From a virus, in the IMG/VR virus record IMGVR_UViG_3300029438_000229, positions 2,293 to 66,292 of that record: 64,000 nucleotides of DNA; one strand, written 5' to 3'. The notes under the pieces were generated by a model that saw only the letters and a program-made list of their open reading frames with translations, searched no databases and was not told the DNA's origin. A program made the position numbers and the translations under genes. Of this stretch, positions 30,208-39,464 are shown piece by piece (positions within the stretch are counted from its first letter, which is position 1; every line of letters begins with the position of its first letter).

Positions 30208-32946
30208 TCAAAAATCCCCGAACGAGAGCTGACGGCTCTGTGAGACCGGGATATTGGTTTTTGGCTTTGACGAGTGCTTAACTTCCCCGTACTTGGTGAG
30301 ATTCCGGCATTTATATCCGTAGCCCTTCTGTGCGGCAGAAATCGACTTGTATCCGTATCCGCTTGCATCGTCCAGCACCTGGTCCTTGTCGTTCAGATTG
30401 ACGACAATATACCGCACATCGTTGGGCTTAGAGAGCCGGGACGAACGAATAACGGTATAGGGGATGCGCTTATCGAATTGAGGCTTTTCTTCTTCCGGGT
30501 CCGGTTCGGGCTTTGCGACCTTCTCCTCTTCCGGCATTTCAAGCTGGACATCGACCCCTGCCTTAACGAGGGATTCGAGCGTAGAGGCAAGGGTCTCGTA
30601 CCGCGTATTCTCCACGGTATTCGTATCCTGCTTCTTCCGCTCCTTCCAGACCTTCAACAGCTGACGTTCGCTGAAATTGATGATAAGACCACGGTCTTTG
30701 AGCATCTTACGAACAACATAGGTAGAAAGAGAAGCGTAGTTCGCATATTCGCCGATATGGTGCTTGATATCCACCTCGGTCTTGGACATAGCTGCTTCGA
30801 AATCCCTGTGATTGTCGAGCCAATCCTCAATAACGCTGAGCAGTTCCTTCTTGGACATGGATTCCTCTGCCAGCTGCTTGTTTTTCCGGACATAATCCTC
30901 ACAGGCAGCGAGAATCGAATCGTAGCCGTTCATGGCGCTGTTATCGATGATTTGACGGTTTGCAGCATCCACAATGATGTACTGCTCACCACGGCGGATG
31001 ATAGAGATACCTTCATCAGCCGTCTTCTTTTCTTCCTTGACATTGCCGCCGACATCGAATTCCGGCAGAGAATCATCGGTCATGATTTGCTCGATGATGG
31101 TATCGAGGTCCTGCGTATAGTCCTTGGAAATCGTATAGCTTTCTGCCTTGGCAAAGACCTGCTTCGTGATACAGGTGATTACCGCGTCCAGGAACTTGTC
31201 AGGGTCCGGAATCTCGATTTCATACATCATGTTATCGCGGATATTCCAGACAACACCCTGCTTTAACCCGGTTGCCAGCATATAGCAGGCACATTGCAGG
31301 AAATGCTTGTGCGCGAGCGAAGACACGAATTTCAGCAAATAGACCTTGTTGTCCTTCACGACATCCGCCATGCCGCTGATAACAAGTTTCTTCTTCGCCT
31401 TGGTATCTACCACGGCAGTCAACTCACAGCGTTCCTGTACGGACTCGTCGGGAGTGAACACCATAGACAAGCGCTTGTTCAGGTCGGTTTCCTGCGCTCT
31501 CGTAATAAAGGGCAACTCAACCTGCTTCACATACCGGTCCTGACTCGTCATCAGCATCGTCAGGAACAGGACCTTCTCCTCCACGGATTTCCAGCTGGAA
31601 GGCAGCGCCACCTTCTTGTCGTTATGCAGGTACATGTAGAAGGCAATCGCACTGTCGATATCGTAATAATCGAAGAAGTTCGCCTGCTGGTAGATGCCGA
31701 TGCAGGGAGCCAAATCAATCATCGCATCCGAATGCTTGATTTCGATTTCATGTACATCCTTATGGAAGACCGGCGTCGTATTGATAAGCTGGTAGCAGTG
31801 CTCCACATCCTCATCGAACTTGAAATCGAACATCTCAGAGATATCGAACTTTGTATTGAACTCCTGATTTATCTTGACGGGAGTCATCAGAGTCTTATCG
31901 CTGACCAGCCCAAATCTGTCCTCTTTTTTCGGAGGCTCTACAAAGATGACCTCATCCTTACCGCGACTCGCCGCAACGCAGAAAAGGTTTCTCAGAATCT
32001 CATACCGCGCCATAGGCTGAAATACACGAGAGCACCAGTAGGATTCCGTGAAATCAAAGACAACACAGATGGGGCGCTCCATGCCTTTACTGCCGTCAAA
32101 GGTCGTAAAGATACCAACGTCTGCACCGGGTGCTACATGCTTTTCGCCATCAGGTTCCTTGATGCTGGCATATACATGGTTCTTGTCATAGAGGTTGCCG
32201 GGTCTTGCTTCAAGTTCATTCAGAACCTTTACCATAGACCCCGTTCTGGCACCGAGACACAGGACATCCTTCGGGTTCTTGGTATCCAGATAGTCTATCA
32301 CCTGCTCACGGGACATGGTCGATACCTTACAGTTCTTGTTCACGCCGTTGATATCCTTGCCCCAGATGTTTCCGAGCCGCTGTGCGAGGTCATGGGACAG
32401 GCGGAAACATTGCGTGAAATTGACCTGTGTGTGCTTGCCTAAGAACTTATGGATGAACGACCAGATATCCAGCGAGGTCTGGTCATAGATTTTCTGCTTC
32501 ATGTCCCCAACCGCGATGATTTGAAGGCCTGGGTTCGATTCCTTGATGTATTCGAGCATCTTCGAGATTTCCTCGTTGATGTCCTGATACTCGTCGATGA
32601 TAAGCACATCAAAGTGCCCGACAGGAACGCGCTTCCTCAAGACCATCCCAATCTGCTCGCCCTGTCCGACATTCTTGATGCCGCGCCGGTACAGGATTTT
32701 CGAGGCAAATCCATGATAGTTCTGGACCGTGACATTATCGTTTAGAATCTTTTCCTGCGCATCGAGTTTCAAAAGCCGGTTATAGGTCAGGTACAGAATC
32801 TCCTTAGAGGAATCAAACTCGTTGCACAAAACATTGATGGTGGACGTCTTACCGCTTCCGATACAGGCATCGCACAACACGTTTTTCCCGTCAAGCGCCA
32901 GCCGTACAAGGTCCTGCTGTTCGCTGGACAAGTCATTGAGCGTCAT
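30208..32946 (-). CDS. UvrD/PcrA-like SF1 helicase with RecB/Cas4-like nuclease segment
   Basis: Trimmed to ATG 32946 (GGAGGG SD). Walker A GSGKTST, IIDEYQD motif II, and a central ADVV...LLKF...QCACY nuclease-like pattern. The C-terminal 300 aa are unknown, with two short internal repeats. Confidence 0.8.
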   Translation of the reverse strand: MTLNDLSSEQQDLVRLALDGKNVLCDACIGSGKTSTINVLCNEFDSSKEILYLTYNRLLKLDAQEKILNDNVTVQNYHGFASKILYRRGIKNVGQGEQIGMVLRKRVPVGHFDVLIIDEYQDINEEISKMLEYIKESNPGLQIIAVGDMKQKIYDQTSLDIWSFIHKFLGKHTQVNFTQCFRLSHDLAQRLGNIWGKDINGVNKNCKVSTMSREQVIDYLDTKNPKDVLCLGARTGSMVKVLNELEARPGNLYDKNHVYASIKEPDGEKHVAPGADVGIFTTFDGSKGMERPICVVFDFTESYWCSRVFQPMARYEILRNLFCVAASRGKDEVIFVEPPKKEDRFGLVSDKTLMTPVKINQEFNTKFDISEMFDFKFDEDVEHCYQLINTTPVFHKDVHEIEIKHSDAMIDLAPCIGIYQQANFFDYYDIDSAIAFYMYLHNDKKVALPSSWKSVEEKVLFLTMLMTSQDRYVKQVELPFITRAQETDLNKRLSMVFTPDESVQERCELTAVVDTKAKKKLVISGMADVVKDNKVYLLKFVSSLAHKHFLQCACYMLATGLKQGVVWNIRDNMMYEIEIPDPDKFLDAVITCITKQVFAKAESYTISKDYTQDLDTIIEQIMTDDSLPEFDVGGNVKEEKKTADEGISIIRRGEQYIIVDAANRQIIDNSAMNGYDSILAACEDYVRKNKQLAEESMSKKELLSVIEDWLDNHRDFEAAMSKTEVDIKHHIGEYANYASLSTYVVRKMLKDRGLIINFSERQLLKVWKERKKQDTNTVENTRYETLASTLESLVKAGVDVQLEMPEEEKVAKPEPDPEEEKPQFDKRIPYTVIRSSRLSKPNDVRYIVVNLNDKDQVLDDASGYGYKSISAAQKGYGYKCRNLTKYGEVKHSSKPKTNIPVSQSRQLSFGDF

Positions 32947-32977
32947 TGTAATCCCTCCGAATAGTAGATTGGCAGGC

Positions 32978-33069
32978 AACAAAAAGACCCTGACAGCTAT
33001 CACAACAGCCATCAGGGTACATTTTTTAGTCTATAATTTAGATTGTATGCAGTTCGCACAAATGTGCAA
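32978..33069 (-). promoter_or_regulatory. promoter plus 5'-proximal hairpin/U-tract upstream of helicase gene
   Basis: TTGCAC(33069-33064)-16-TACAAT(33047-33042) with GTGCGAAC. Hairpin ACCCTGA..TCAGGGT 33018-32987, then CTTTTTGTTG, SD and ATG 32946. Confidence 0.6.
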
Positions 33070-33164
33070 GGGGCTGTTGATAAAAATCGCTGTTTGTATA
33101 TTTTATTTTATGTGCTAACCGCTAGCAGAAAGGGGATTAGAGGAGCATGGGTGATGTAGTGTCC

Positions 33165-33593
33165 CTATACCAACTCGATAGATTCCGCCTCGATACGATG
33201 CCATTTATCGGTGCTTGCATCGTATTCCAGCACATCTTTTCCGACCATTTCCCCGTTTTCGATATACTCTAAAATGTGTCGGACCCGCATTTGCGGATTA
33301 TCGTTCCTCGCGTGCCACAACGCGATATCCTTGTTGTCGATGACGAACGCATGTTTATAGCTGACAAAGGGGCTACCGAGAGGCTGCGTTTGTCTACTTG
33401 CCTCGTAGTATGATTTCACATAGCCATCACGGGAAGTGTTGCGAATAGCGCGGGCACCTTCCTTGTCGCCTTGCTCGTCCAAGGTTTGTGCAATTTCGTC
33501 CACACACCGACAAAAATGCGTGGGGTCTTGACTGTATTTGGCAAAAATCAGTTTTCTGATTAACCGCATTGTGTCTTGCTGCGTCACAAGCAT
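33165..33593 (-). CDS. hypothetical protein
   Basis: Trimmed to ATG 33593 behind GAAGGGAG. Confidence 0.55.
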   Translation of the reverse strand: MLVTQQDTMRLIRKLIFAKYSQDPTHFCRCVDEIAQTLDEQGDKEGARAIRNTSRDGYVKSYYEASRQTQPLGSPFVSYKHAFVIDNKDIALWHARNDNPQMRVRHILEYIENGEMVGKDVLEYDASTDKWHRIEAESIELV

Positions 33594-33600
33594 GCTCCCT

Positions 33601-33936
33601 TCACTTTTCTGTCGAAACCAAAAAGATTTTCTTAGAGAAAGTTCCCTTCTCTGCTGCTTTCTGGCTCCGTACCTGTTCAATTTCTCGTTTGGAAACAGCG
33701 CAAGTCTTGCCCATAGCGTACATGACCTCCATCACATCTGCCATTTCTTCCGCGCAGTCAAGAGCACTCCGCTCCTTGGCAGTGTAGGCTTCCAGCAATT
33801 CGGCGACCTCTTCCTGCAGTTTGTTCATCAGAGCGTCCTCGTACTCTTTGTCAGACAGCGTGCGCGTAACACAGGTCTCCCCGTTCTTCTCAATGATAGC
33901 CGGGATATTATCTCGGACAAGTTTCTGGTACATCAT
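33601..33936 (-). CDS. MazG/PRA-PH-like nucleotide pyrophosphohydrolase
   Basis: Trimmed to ATG 33936 behind GGAAGGAG. KLVRDNIP...EEVAEL...EEMADVMEV all-alpha pattern. Confidence 0.65.
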   Translation of the reverse strand: MMYQKLVRDNIPAIIEKNGETCVTRTLSDKEYEDALMNKLQEEVAELLEAYTAKERSALDCAEEMADVMEVMYAMGKTCAVSKREIEQVRSQKAAEKGTFSKKIFLVSTEK

Positions 33937-33940
33937 GGCT

Positions 33941-34357
33941 TTATGCTCCTTCCAATTTACAGTGCCGCAGCGGTATGCGCAGCTCACGACAGGTGTTTTC
34001 GATTTCTCGTTCGTTTTCGGCTCCATCAAACACTACACATCCTTTTTGCTGCTGTTTGGCGAGGTATGTGGACAAATCATCGTTTGTGACGGGAATGAAA
34101 GAGTATCCCCGCTCGCTGGCGTACATAGCCGCCAAAGCAGCCATCTTCTTACCAGATTCTGCTGCAATGACGACCTTTTCCCGTTTTGCCAGCATCTTAT
34201 CGATGCACTCTGACATTTGCTTGCGGGACTTCGTCATCGATAACGGCGTTCCCGCAACTCCGCAAAAGAACCAATCCTTTTCGCAGATTTTGTCCTCACA
34301 CTCTTGGCATTTTAGGTAGACGACATTGCCGTTTGTATACGGACAATAATTCCCCAT
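33941..34357 (-). CDS. hypothetical protein with N-terminal CxxC pairs
   Basis: ATG 34357 preferred over the track TTG 34363. Confidence 0.55.
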   Translation of the reverse strand: MGNYCPYTNGNVVYLKCQECEDKICEKDWFFCGVAGTPLSMTKSRKQMSECIDKMLAKREKVVIAAESGKKMAALAAMYASERGYSFIPVTNDDLSTYLAKQQQKGCVVFDGAENEREIENTCRELRIPLRHCKLEGA

Positions 34358-34359
34358 GC

Positions 34360-34578
34360 TCAAACCTTTTTGAAATATTTCTCGACAAACTCATCCGGCA
34401 GTGTAATGTGCATCTTATCTGGTCCGGTGAATTCCTTGAAACTCTGCTCGCCGCCGCACCATTCCAAGCGCCAGATGGTCCCGCGCTTTACCCGATATGG
34501 AATTTTCTTGCCATCTGGACCAATAGCATCAAGCCATACATCGAACGGCTTGACGCATTTATAGTTTGTATTGTACAT
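34360..34578 (-). CDS. hypothetical protein
   Basis: 72 aa; GTGAGGGG SD. Confidence 0.5.
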   Translation of the reverse strand: MYNTNYKCVKPFDVWLDAIGPDGKKIPYRVKRGTIWRLEWCGGEQSFKEFTGPDKMHITLPDEFVEKYFKKV

Positions 34579-34587
34579 ACTGACCCC

Positions 34588-35052
34588 TCACTTTTTGGGC
34601 AGTACCCAAATCTCAACGTTCACATTCCAAGCGTTGGCAGCTTCCTCGATAAGGTTCAGCACTGTCACCCAGTTTCCGCCTGCCAACCCGCAGCCGAGAC
34701 CGTAAGGAACGCGGAAAGTTGCGTCAGGGTGTTCTTTCATTGCTCTGAAAAGAGCCGTTCCCAGCGCCGCGTAGTTCGTCTGACGCTTATCTCTGCCGAA
34801 ACTCAATTGCCCGAACAGGTTAGCAACATACAGCTGCGGGGCGACCTGAACCACCTGAAAGTCACCGAGTTTCTTTGGACTGCAAACTTTCACATATTCG
34901 TCGAACACGACGGGCCACTTATCCCGAATCTGTCTGGCAAGACCCGCACCCATTGCGGCACGACAGTTCACCTGATGGCAGATGATAGTATTCTCGTTAC
35001 GAGTCGGCGGTGTTAAGATATTGCCCTCAATAAGGTTGACACTCATAGTCAT
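34588..35052 (-). CDS. macro-domain (ADP-ribose binding/hydrolase) protein
   Basis: 154 aa. EGNIL...ICHQVNC..AMGAGLA...YGLGCGLAGGNW signature. ATGA overlap with the upstream gene. Confidence 0.75.
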   Translation of the reverse strand: MTMSVNLIEGNILTPPTRNENTIICHQVNCRAAMGAGLARQIRDKWPVVFDEYVKVCSPKKLGDFQVVQVAPQLYVANLFGQLSFGRDKRQTNYAALGTALFRAMKEHPDATFRVPYGLGCGLAGGNWVTVLNLIEEAANAWNVNVEIWVLPKK

Positions 35053-35669
35053 TCACCAATGTCTAAGATTTCGTATTTTCTCGCTGCAAACCCCAGCAGC
35101 TCATTGTAAATGCGAGTCGCGATTTCAAAAAACTCGGTATCGCAGATTTCTTTTCTGCGCAGGAAACGGTTGTCCTTCTGCATTTCCGCAGCGGTATTTG
35201 TTACGATAGCCCAGATGCAGCTGTTAATGACAACGGGTGGCACAATGTCGTCTGCCCAATTCTCAACCGCATATTCGCTGACCGCATATTGCGTGTCATA
35301 CACCCCATCGTTAAGTTTCGCGCTATAAAACTTTGCCTGTCTCTCGCCCATGATGGAGTTTGTGATGCTCCGGGCAGTCTGGATATCTTTGCCCTCCACA
35401 TTGCAGATTTCAGGACCAAAGAAGCCTTTCGTCTTGTTGCTGAGAAGGACAAGCTGCATTGCCAATGCCGTAGCGCACTTGGAGAATTTCTTGGCATAAG
35501 TATCCGGTATCTCAACAGGAATATATTCAGCCGCAGGACCCTGCAGATAGTATTTCTGTGTATTTTTTTTGTCGTGCGAACTCTCGAACAAAATCGAGGG
35601 CAACGCAACCATAATTGCTTCATTTACATTTGCTTTAACAGTTCGTAAAACTGCGATATTTGCCAGCAT
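35049..35669 (-). CDS. hypothetical protein
   Basis: 206 aa; GAGGAGGG SD. Confidence 0.6.
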   Translation of the reverse strand: MLANIAVLRTVKANVNEAIMVALPSILFESSHDKKNTQKYYLQGPAAEYIPVEIPDTYAKKFSKCATALAMQLVLLSNKTKGFFGPEICNVEGKDIQTARSITNSIMGERQAKFYSAKLNDGVYDTQYAVSEYAVENWADDIVPPVVINSCIWAIVTNTAAEMQKDNRFLRRKEICDTEFFEIATRIYNELLGFAARKYEILDIGE

Positions 35670-35689
35670 TCTTTTACCCTCCTCGCTTT

Positions 35690-36106
35690 TTACTGAGCCT
35701 GATATTTTGCGATAATTCGCCTTGCTTCCCTTTTCGGTACGCCGAACAGAGATACAGCAATTCGACTCAGTTTGTCTTTCTGTGTAGTGTCTGTCAGGAC
35801 CACAATGCGATGCATATCATGGATATCAGTAGCGACAACCACCTGAGCAAACCCGATTTTATCTTCAACGAACAGTCGCTTTAATTCTTTTGCAAACTCT
35901 TCCTTGCTCAGTTTAAGCATATAATCACTGTTGATGAACATGTCGAGTGGGAAAATATGCTCGTTATCGAACTCCTTCGGATGCGCATTTGCAAGGTCGA
36001 GTTCCGGGCGGAACATGGTTTTATCATGCACCAAGCCATAAATAATACCGGCTGCTTCGCCACTTTTGCAATCAATTACAAATTGCCCTCGCTGTGCATC
36101 AGCCAT
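35690..36106 (-). CDS. hypothetical protein
   Basis: Trimmed to ATG 36106 behind GGAGGGGACAACTT. Confidence 0.55.
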   Translation of the reverse strand: MADAQRGQFVIDCKSGEAAGIIYGLVHDKTMFRPELDLANAHPKEFDNEHIFPLDMFINSDYMLKLSKEEFAKELKRLFVEDKIGFAQVVVATDIHDMHRIVVLTDTTQKDKLSRIAVSLFGVPKREARRIIAKYQAQ

Positions 36107-36542
36107 AAGTTGTCCCCTCCGCAAGTTTTTCGTATATATTCTGTGTGCGTGTGTTGTTTTCGTCTTTGTGCATGAGCACGACATTTGCCATGCTTGTATA
36201 ATAGCTGGCATCACTGTTACCTTCTACGGTAAATTTTATGTTCTGCCCGTTATCGACTACCTCGTAGCTGATGAGTTTACCCGTGACCCACTGATTATTG
36301 TACCGGAAGTATATGTAGTTGTATTCCGTGGCGGCTGTCTCGGGCGTCATGTTTATATCCGAACCAGCCGTCTCAGTAGTCTCTGGGGTTGCCATATGAA
36401 TGATTTGCGCAGGCAAGTCCTTGATGCCGTCCATGGTCTTGTCTGCCACCTCACTGCATCCCTCGAACGCTACAGAAATGGTTGCGACAGCAAGAAGGAA
36501 GAGCGTTTTGTGGATGAACGAGAGAAATCGCTTCATAGACAT
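36099..36542 (-). CDS. lipoprotein
   Basis: 147 aa; signal plus lipobox AFEGC. ATG 36536 is an alternative start. Confidence 0.65.
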   Translation of the reverse strand: MSMKRFLSFIHKTLFLLAVATISVAFEGCSEVADKTMDGIKDLPAQIIHMATPETTETAGSDINMTPETAATEYNYIYFRYNNQWVTGKLISYEVVDNGQNIKFTVEGNSDASYYTSMANVVLMHKDENNTRTQNIYEKLAEGTTYG

Positions 36543-36595
36543 GCCCCTGAAATATCTTCGATGATACGGAATGTTTTGCTTGTTTTGATACTTGC

Positions 36596-36624
36596 ATTAT
36601 ACCATGAAGTTGTATTGAATACAA
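36596..36624 (-). promoter_or_regulatory. sigma-A-type promoter for lipoprotein gene 36542
   Basis: TTGTAT-17-TATAAT preceded by TGG. Confidence 0.5.
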
Positions 36625-36683
36625 CGATGAACGCTATATGTTCACGGATTAGATACATTTTTAGCAAAGCAAAAAACGCCCGC

Positions 36684-36834
36684 AAAAAGAAAAGACCCGC
36701 CTGTTAGCCGCAGGCAGGTCTTTCTTCGCAGTGAGCGTTTAAGGTCGGCTCAGGACCCTATTCGTCTCTACCGAAGCAACGTCATCAACGCTGTTCAGTA
36801 TGTTTTATTGTATGCCAGTCGCACGGGTCGTCAA
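36684..36834 (-). promoter_or_regulatory. promoter followed by terminator-like hairpin, upstream of a second promoter
   Basis: TTGACG(36834-36829)-16-TACAAT(36812-36807) with GTGCGACT. Hairpin GACCTGCCTG..CAGGCGGGTC 36720-36694 plus TTTTCTTTTTG. Confidence 0.55.
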
Positions 36835-36856
36835 CTATGTTTTGCAGCGACACAGC

Positions 36857-36895
36857 AAAAAAGGAGTCTCACCCGCTGATGCAGGCAAGACTCCT
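36857..36895 (-). terminator. intrinsic terminator
   Basis: AGGAGTCT..AGACTCCT stem plus TTTTTTG. Confidence 0.65.
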
Positions 36896-36907
36896 AATTG
36901 GCTCAGC

Positions 36908-37228
36908 TTAATCTTCGAGGTCGAAGCTATACCCTTTCTTGTCCATTGTCACGAAGCCATTGCGGGTCTGACATATGCTGTCACCGAAATAAGCTTCGAG
37001 GGTCATGCCGGTGTCCTCGCCATCCAGCCACTGCGGGCGCATATAGGCCGCAAGGTCATACAATACGCCGACTGCGTAGGCAATCAGTTCATCGCTGTTC
37101 ATCGCTTCGTTGACCGCATCGTCATCGGCCTCGACAGGGATACCGATGGAGGCGGTAATGGTGTCCGGTGTGTTGTCGTCTAAGTGACGAGTAGCGGTGA
37201 GCTCAAATTTTAGGATGTTAGTTTCCAT
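36908..37228 (-). CDS. hypothetical acidic protein
   Basis: Track ORF trimmed to ATG 37228 behind AAAGGAGAACATATT. The promoter at 37272-37299 lies inside the longer form. Confidence 0.55.
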   Translation of the reverse strand: METNILKFELTATRHLDDNTPDTITASIGIPVEADDDAVNEAMNSDELIAYAVGVLYDLAAYMRPQWLDGEDTGMTLEAYFGDSICQTRNGFVTMDKKGYSFDLED

Positions 37229-37271
37229 AATATGTTCTCCTTTGTATTGATGTGTGCTTGCTACACTTTCA

Positions 37272-37299
37272 ATTCTAGGCCGTTCGCATAGCTGGTCAA
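37272..37299 (-). promoter_or_regulatory. phage-type promoter
   Basis: TTGACC-AGCT-ATGCGAAC-GGCC-TAGAAT. Confidence 0.55.
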
Positions 37300-37357
37300 C
37301 TGCCCAATCATCCTGAAATCCGACTAGGTCGGATTTTCCGAAAATTTCTTTTGGAAA

Positions 37358-37396
37358 CAAAAAAATAGCCCGCACAGAACTGAATCTGTACGGGCT
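37358..37396 (-). terminator. intrinsic terminator after PH-domain gene
   Basis: AGCCCGTACAG..CTGTGCGGGCT stem plus ATTTTTTTG. Confidence 0.7.
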
Positions 37397-37400
37397 GGTA

Positions 37401-37865
37401 TTAGTCATGAGGATGTTCGTGGCAGGGTTCAGGCGGCATACCATGCGGGTCAGGCTCAGGGAAGCGGCCATGGTCCCCGATGATTTCCGAAGTACGGATA
37501 CCGTTCGCTTTCCGACATGCCTCGATGGTCTTAGAAAGCACTTCCTTGACATCACGCGGATTCTTGATGCGGCGGATGTCGATTTCCGGTGTCATAGCAT
37601 CCGTAGAGCAGAGATGGATGCTGCCGACACGGCAAAGGCGCTCATAAAAGTTCTGCTTGAACGCGATGTCCCGGACGCGGTACAGCTGAATCTCATCCTC
37701 GCGCAGGTTAAAGCAGCCACGCTGGATGATGAGTTTGGTCTCGGTCAGGGTGTACTTTGTAAATGACAGTGGCAGAGAAAAGATGGTGTGGCGTTTGCGG
37801 TCGGTCCAGAGAATCTTCTCCTTGTCCAAGTCGATGCCGAACTCGCCGTTTTTGAGGGTGGACAT
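37401..37865 (-). CDS. bacterial PH-domain (bPH_2/YdbT-like) protein
   Basis: 154 aa; GAAAGGAG SD; His/Pro-rich tail. Confidence 0.6.
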   Translation of the reverse strand: MSTLKNGEFGIDLDKEKILWTDRKRHTIFSLPLSFTKYTLTETKLIIQRGCFNLREDEIQLYRVRDIAFKQNFYERLCRVGSIHLCSTDAMTPEIDIRRIKNPRDVKEVLSKTIEACRKANGIRTSEIIGDHGRFPEPDPHGMPPEPCHEHPHD

Positions 37866-37945
37866 GGTATGGCTCCTTTCGTTATGGGATTTGTTTGGGT
37901 TGTTGGTATTTATTAGTTGGTACTGAGATGATTTGAATTATTAAC

Positions 37946-37974
37946 ATTATACCATTTGTTTTTGCAATTTTCAA
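37946..37974 (-). promoter_or_regulatory. sigma-A-type promoter for PH-domain gene
   Basis: TTGAAA-17-TATAAT; no TGCGAA block. Confidence 0.5.
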
Positions 37975-38024
37975 TTGTACAAGAGATGGCACAAGGAATT
38001 TTCGTTTGTTCTTATGTTTTTTAT

Positions 38025-38762
38025 TTACATGTTATCTTTATTATCAAAATAATCTGTCACCTTTTTCAAGCTCTCTATACTGGCTACGGTAGAATAAATT
38101 TTGTATCCATAAGTTTTGTAATCTTGTGGAGCCGGATAGTCAAGCTGTATAAAATTTCCAACTCCTTCGAAAATTGCATAGCAAATAATAGGAATCCCAA
38201 TTTCAATCAGCATGTGTTTGTTATCAATTATCTTTCCAGATGCGTTTGAAATCGTCAGTTTGAAATCGTATCCACTTGTTGTATTTTCATGCAAAATTTT
38301 ATTTCTTAGATAGTAACATTTTTCCCCAGTAAATCCGTTGTCTGCGAGTGCTTTTCCATCCGGACCACCATTCTCTATTACATATTCATCAAACCATTTT
38401 TCATATCGATTTCTTACCTCAGTTTTGCCAAAATGGGCATATGCGATTGCTCCACATGTATCGGGCAACGTAAGTGCCAGCTGTAATGCTGCCCCATAAA
38501 GACCGAATTCCAAGCATAGATGTGCTTCCTTTGCTTTGGCGGCAATCGTATAATAAGTGTACCCATCCGGGCAGTCCAAGCCTGTAATACGCTCTTGACT
38601 TTTCAGTTCATTATAAAACGCATATTCGTTTGGTGCGAAGGGTCCATTTTTGTTTTCGCAGTACATTTCATGATTAACTCTTTGTAACTTTTCGTAGTAT
38701 TCCGTACATATCACGAAGATTCCATCTTTTGTCAATCCCATCCTTTTATCTTTCCCGTCCAT
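38025..38762 (-). CDS. hypothetical protein with HEPN/Abi_2-like Rx4H motif (tentative)
   Basis: 245 aa, AT-rich, with its own promoter. YYLRNKILHEN contains R-x4-H. Confidence 0.6.
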   Translation of the reverse strand: MDGKDKRMGLTKDGIFVICTEYYEKLQRVNHEMYCENKNGPFAPNEYAFYNELKSQERITGLDCPDGYTYYTIAAKAKEAHLCLEFGLYGAALQLALTLPDTCGAIAYAHFGKTEVRNRYEKWFDEYVIENGGPDGKALADNGFTGEKCYYLRNKILHENTTSGYDFKLTISNASGKIIDNKHMLIEIGIPIICYAIFEGVGNFIQLDYPAPQDYKTYGYKIYSTVASIESLKKVTDYFDNKDNM

Positions 38763-38789
38763 CTTAGAACCCCCTATCTATATTAAACC

Positions 38790-38886
38790 AAAAACCTCCC
38801 ACCGCAGTCAGCATGCTACTGATTACGATGGGAGGCTCAAACCTTTTGTGATAGTCTTATTATACCACGCTTCGTGAATTACTCAA
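38790..38886 (-). promoter_or_regulatory. promoter plus hairpin/U-tract upstream of HEPN-like gene
   Basis: TTGAGT-16-TATAAT (38886-38859). Stem CCTCCCA..TGGGAGG 38835-38795, then TTTTTGG before ATG 38762. Confidence 0.5.
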
Positions 38887-39089
38887 GACCAATCTCAATA
38901 ATTCAGTCAATATCCAAGTTGTCAAATTCTTTGTGAGGACGAAGATGCTCTGGACGGATGTATTGGGGTTGGTTCAGGACATCTGTCTCGGCGTTGAGTG
39001 CTGATAAGGACTGCTATAGTTTTTGGGGTGATGGTGGTTACGATGTCATGGTGAGCGCTTGTTACGGTTTTGTTCGTTACTGTGGCATA

Positions 39090-39209
39090 TCAATCGTCGT
39101 CATCATCATTCTTATCATAGCCACTGCACTCTTCACGATGTTCGCAAAAATCGCAACAGCAATCATCTGTAAACTCACCGGTTTCCCAGCATAAGTCGGT
39201 AGGATACAT
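39090..39209 (-). CDS. 39-aa Cys-rich acidic micro-protein
   Basis: AAAGGAGG SD 8 nt before the ATG. MYPTDLCWETGEFTDDCCCDFCEHREECSGYDKNDDDDD. Confidence 0.45.
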   Translation of the reverse strand: MYPTDLCWETGEFTDDCCCDFCEHREECSGYDKNDDDDD

Positions 39210-39464
39210 TACAAGACCTCCTTTCACATATCTCTAATTTTTCTCTTCTGATTTGCTCACAAGTTTTTTCGCGACAGATATTCTTCCAATTTTAGATAAT
39301 CCATAGTTATTATACACCATTTCTGTCCTTTTCAAAATGGTTTAGTATATTCTTAGCTTTCTCCTTCACCTTCCTCATATATTCTTCCATATACACCCAG
39401 TCAGGCTGACCGGTCTTGTCTATGGGAAGCATAATTCTTGCAACATAAAAACAACATCGGTATG

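Noticed and set aside
38958-39194. 78-aa plus-strand ORF.
   Set aside because: It has no SD or promoter. The opposite strand carries a micro-ORF with a perfect AAAGGAGG SD and an upstream promoter.
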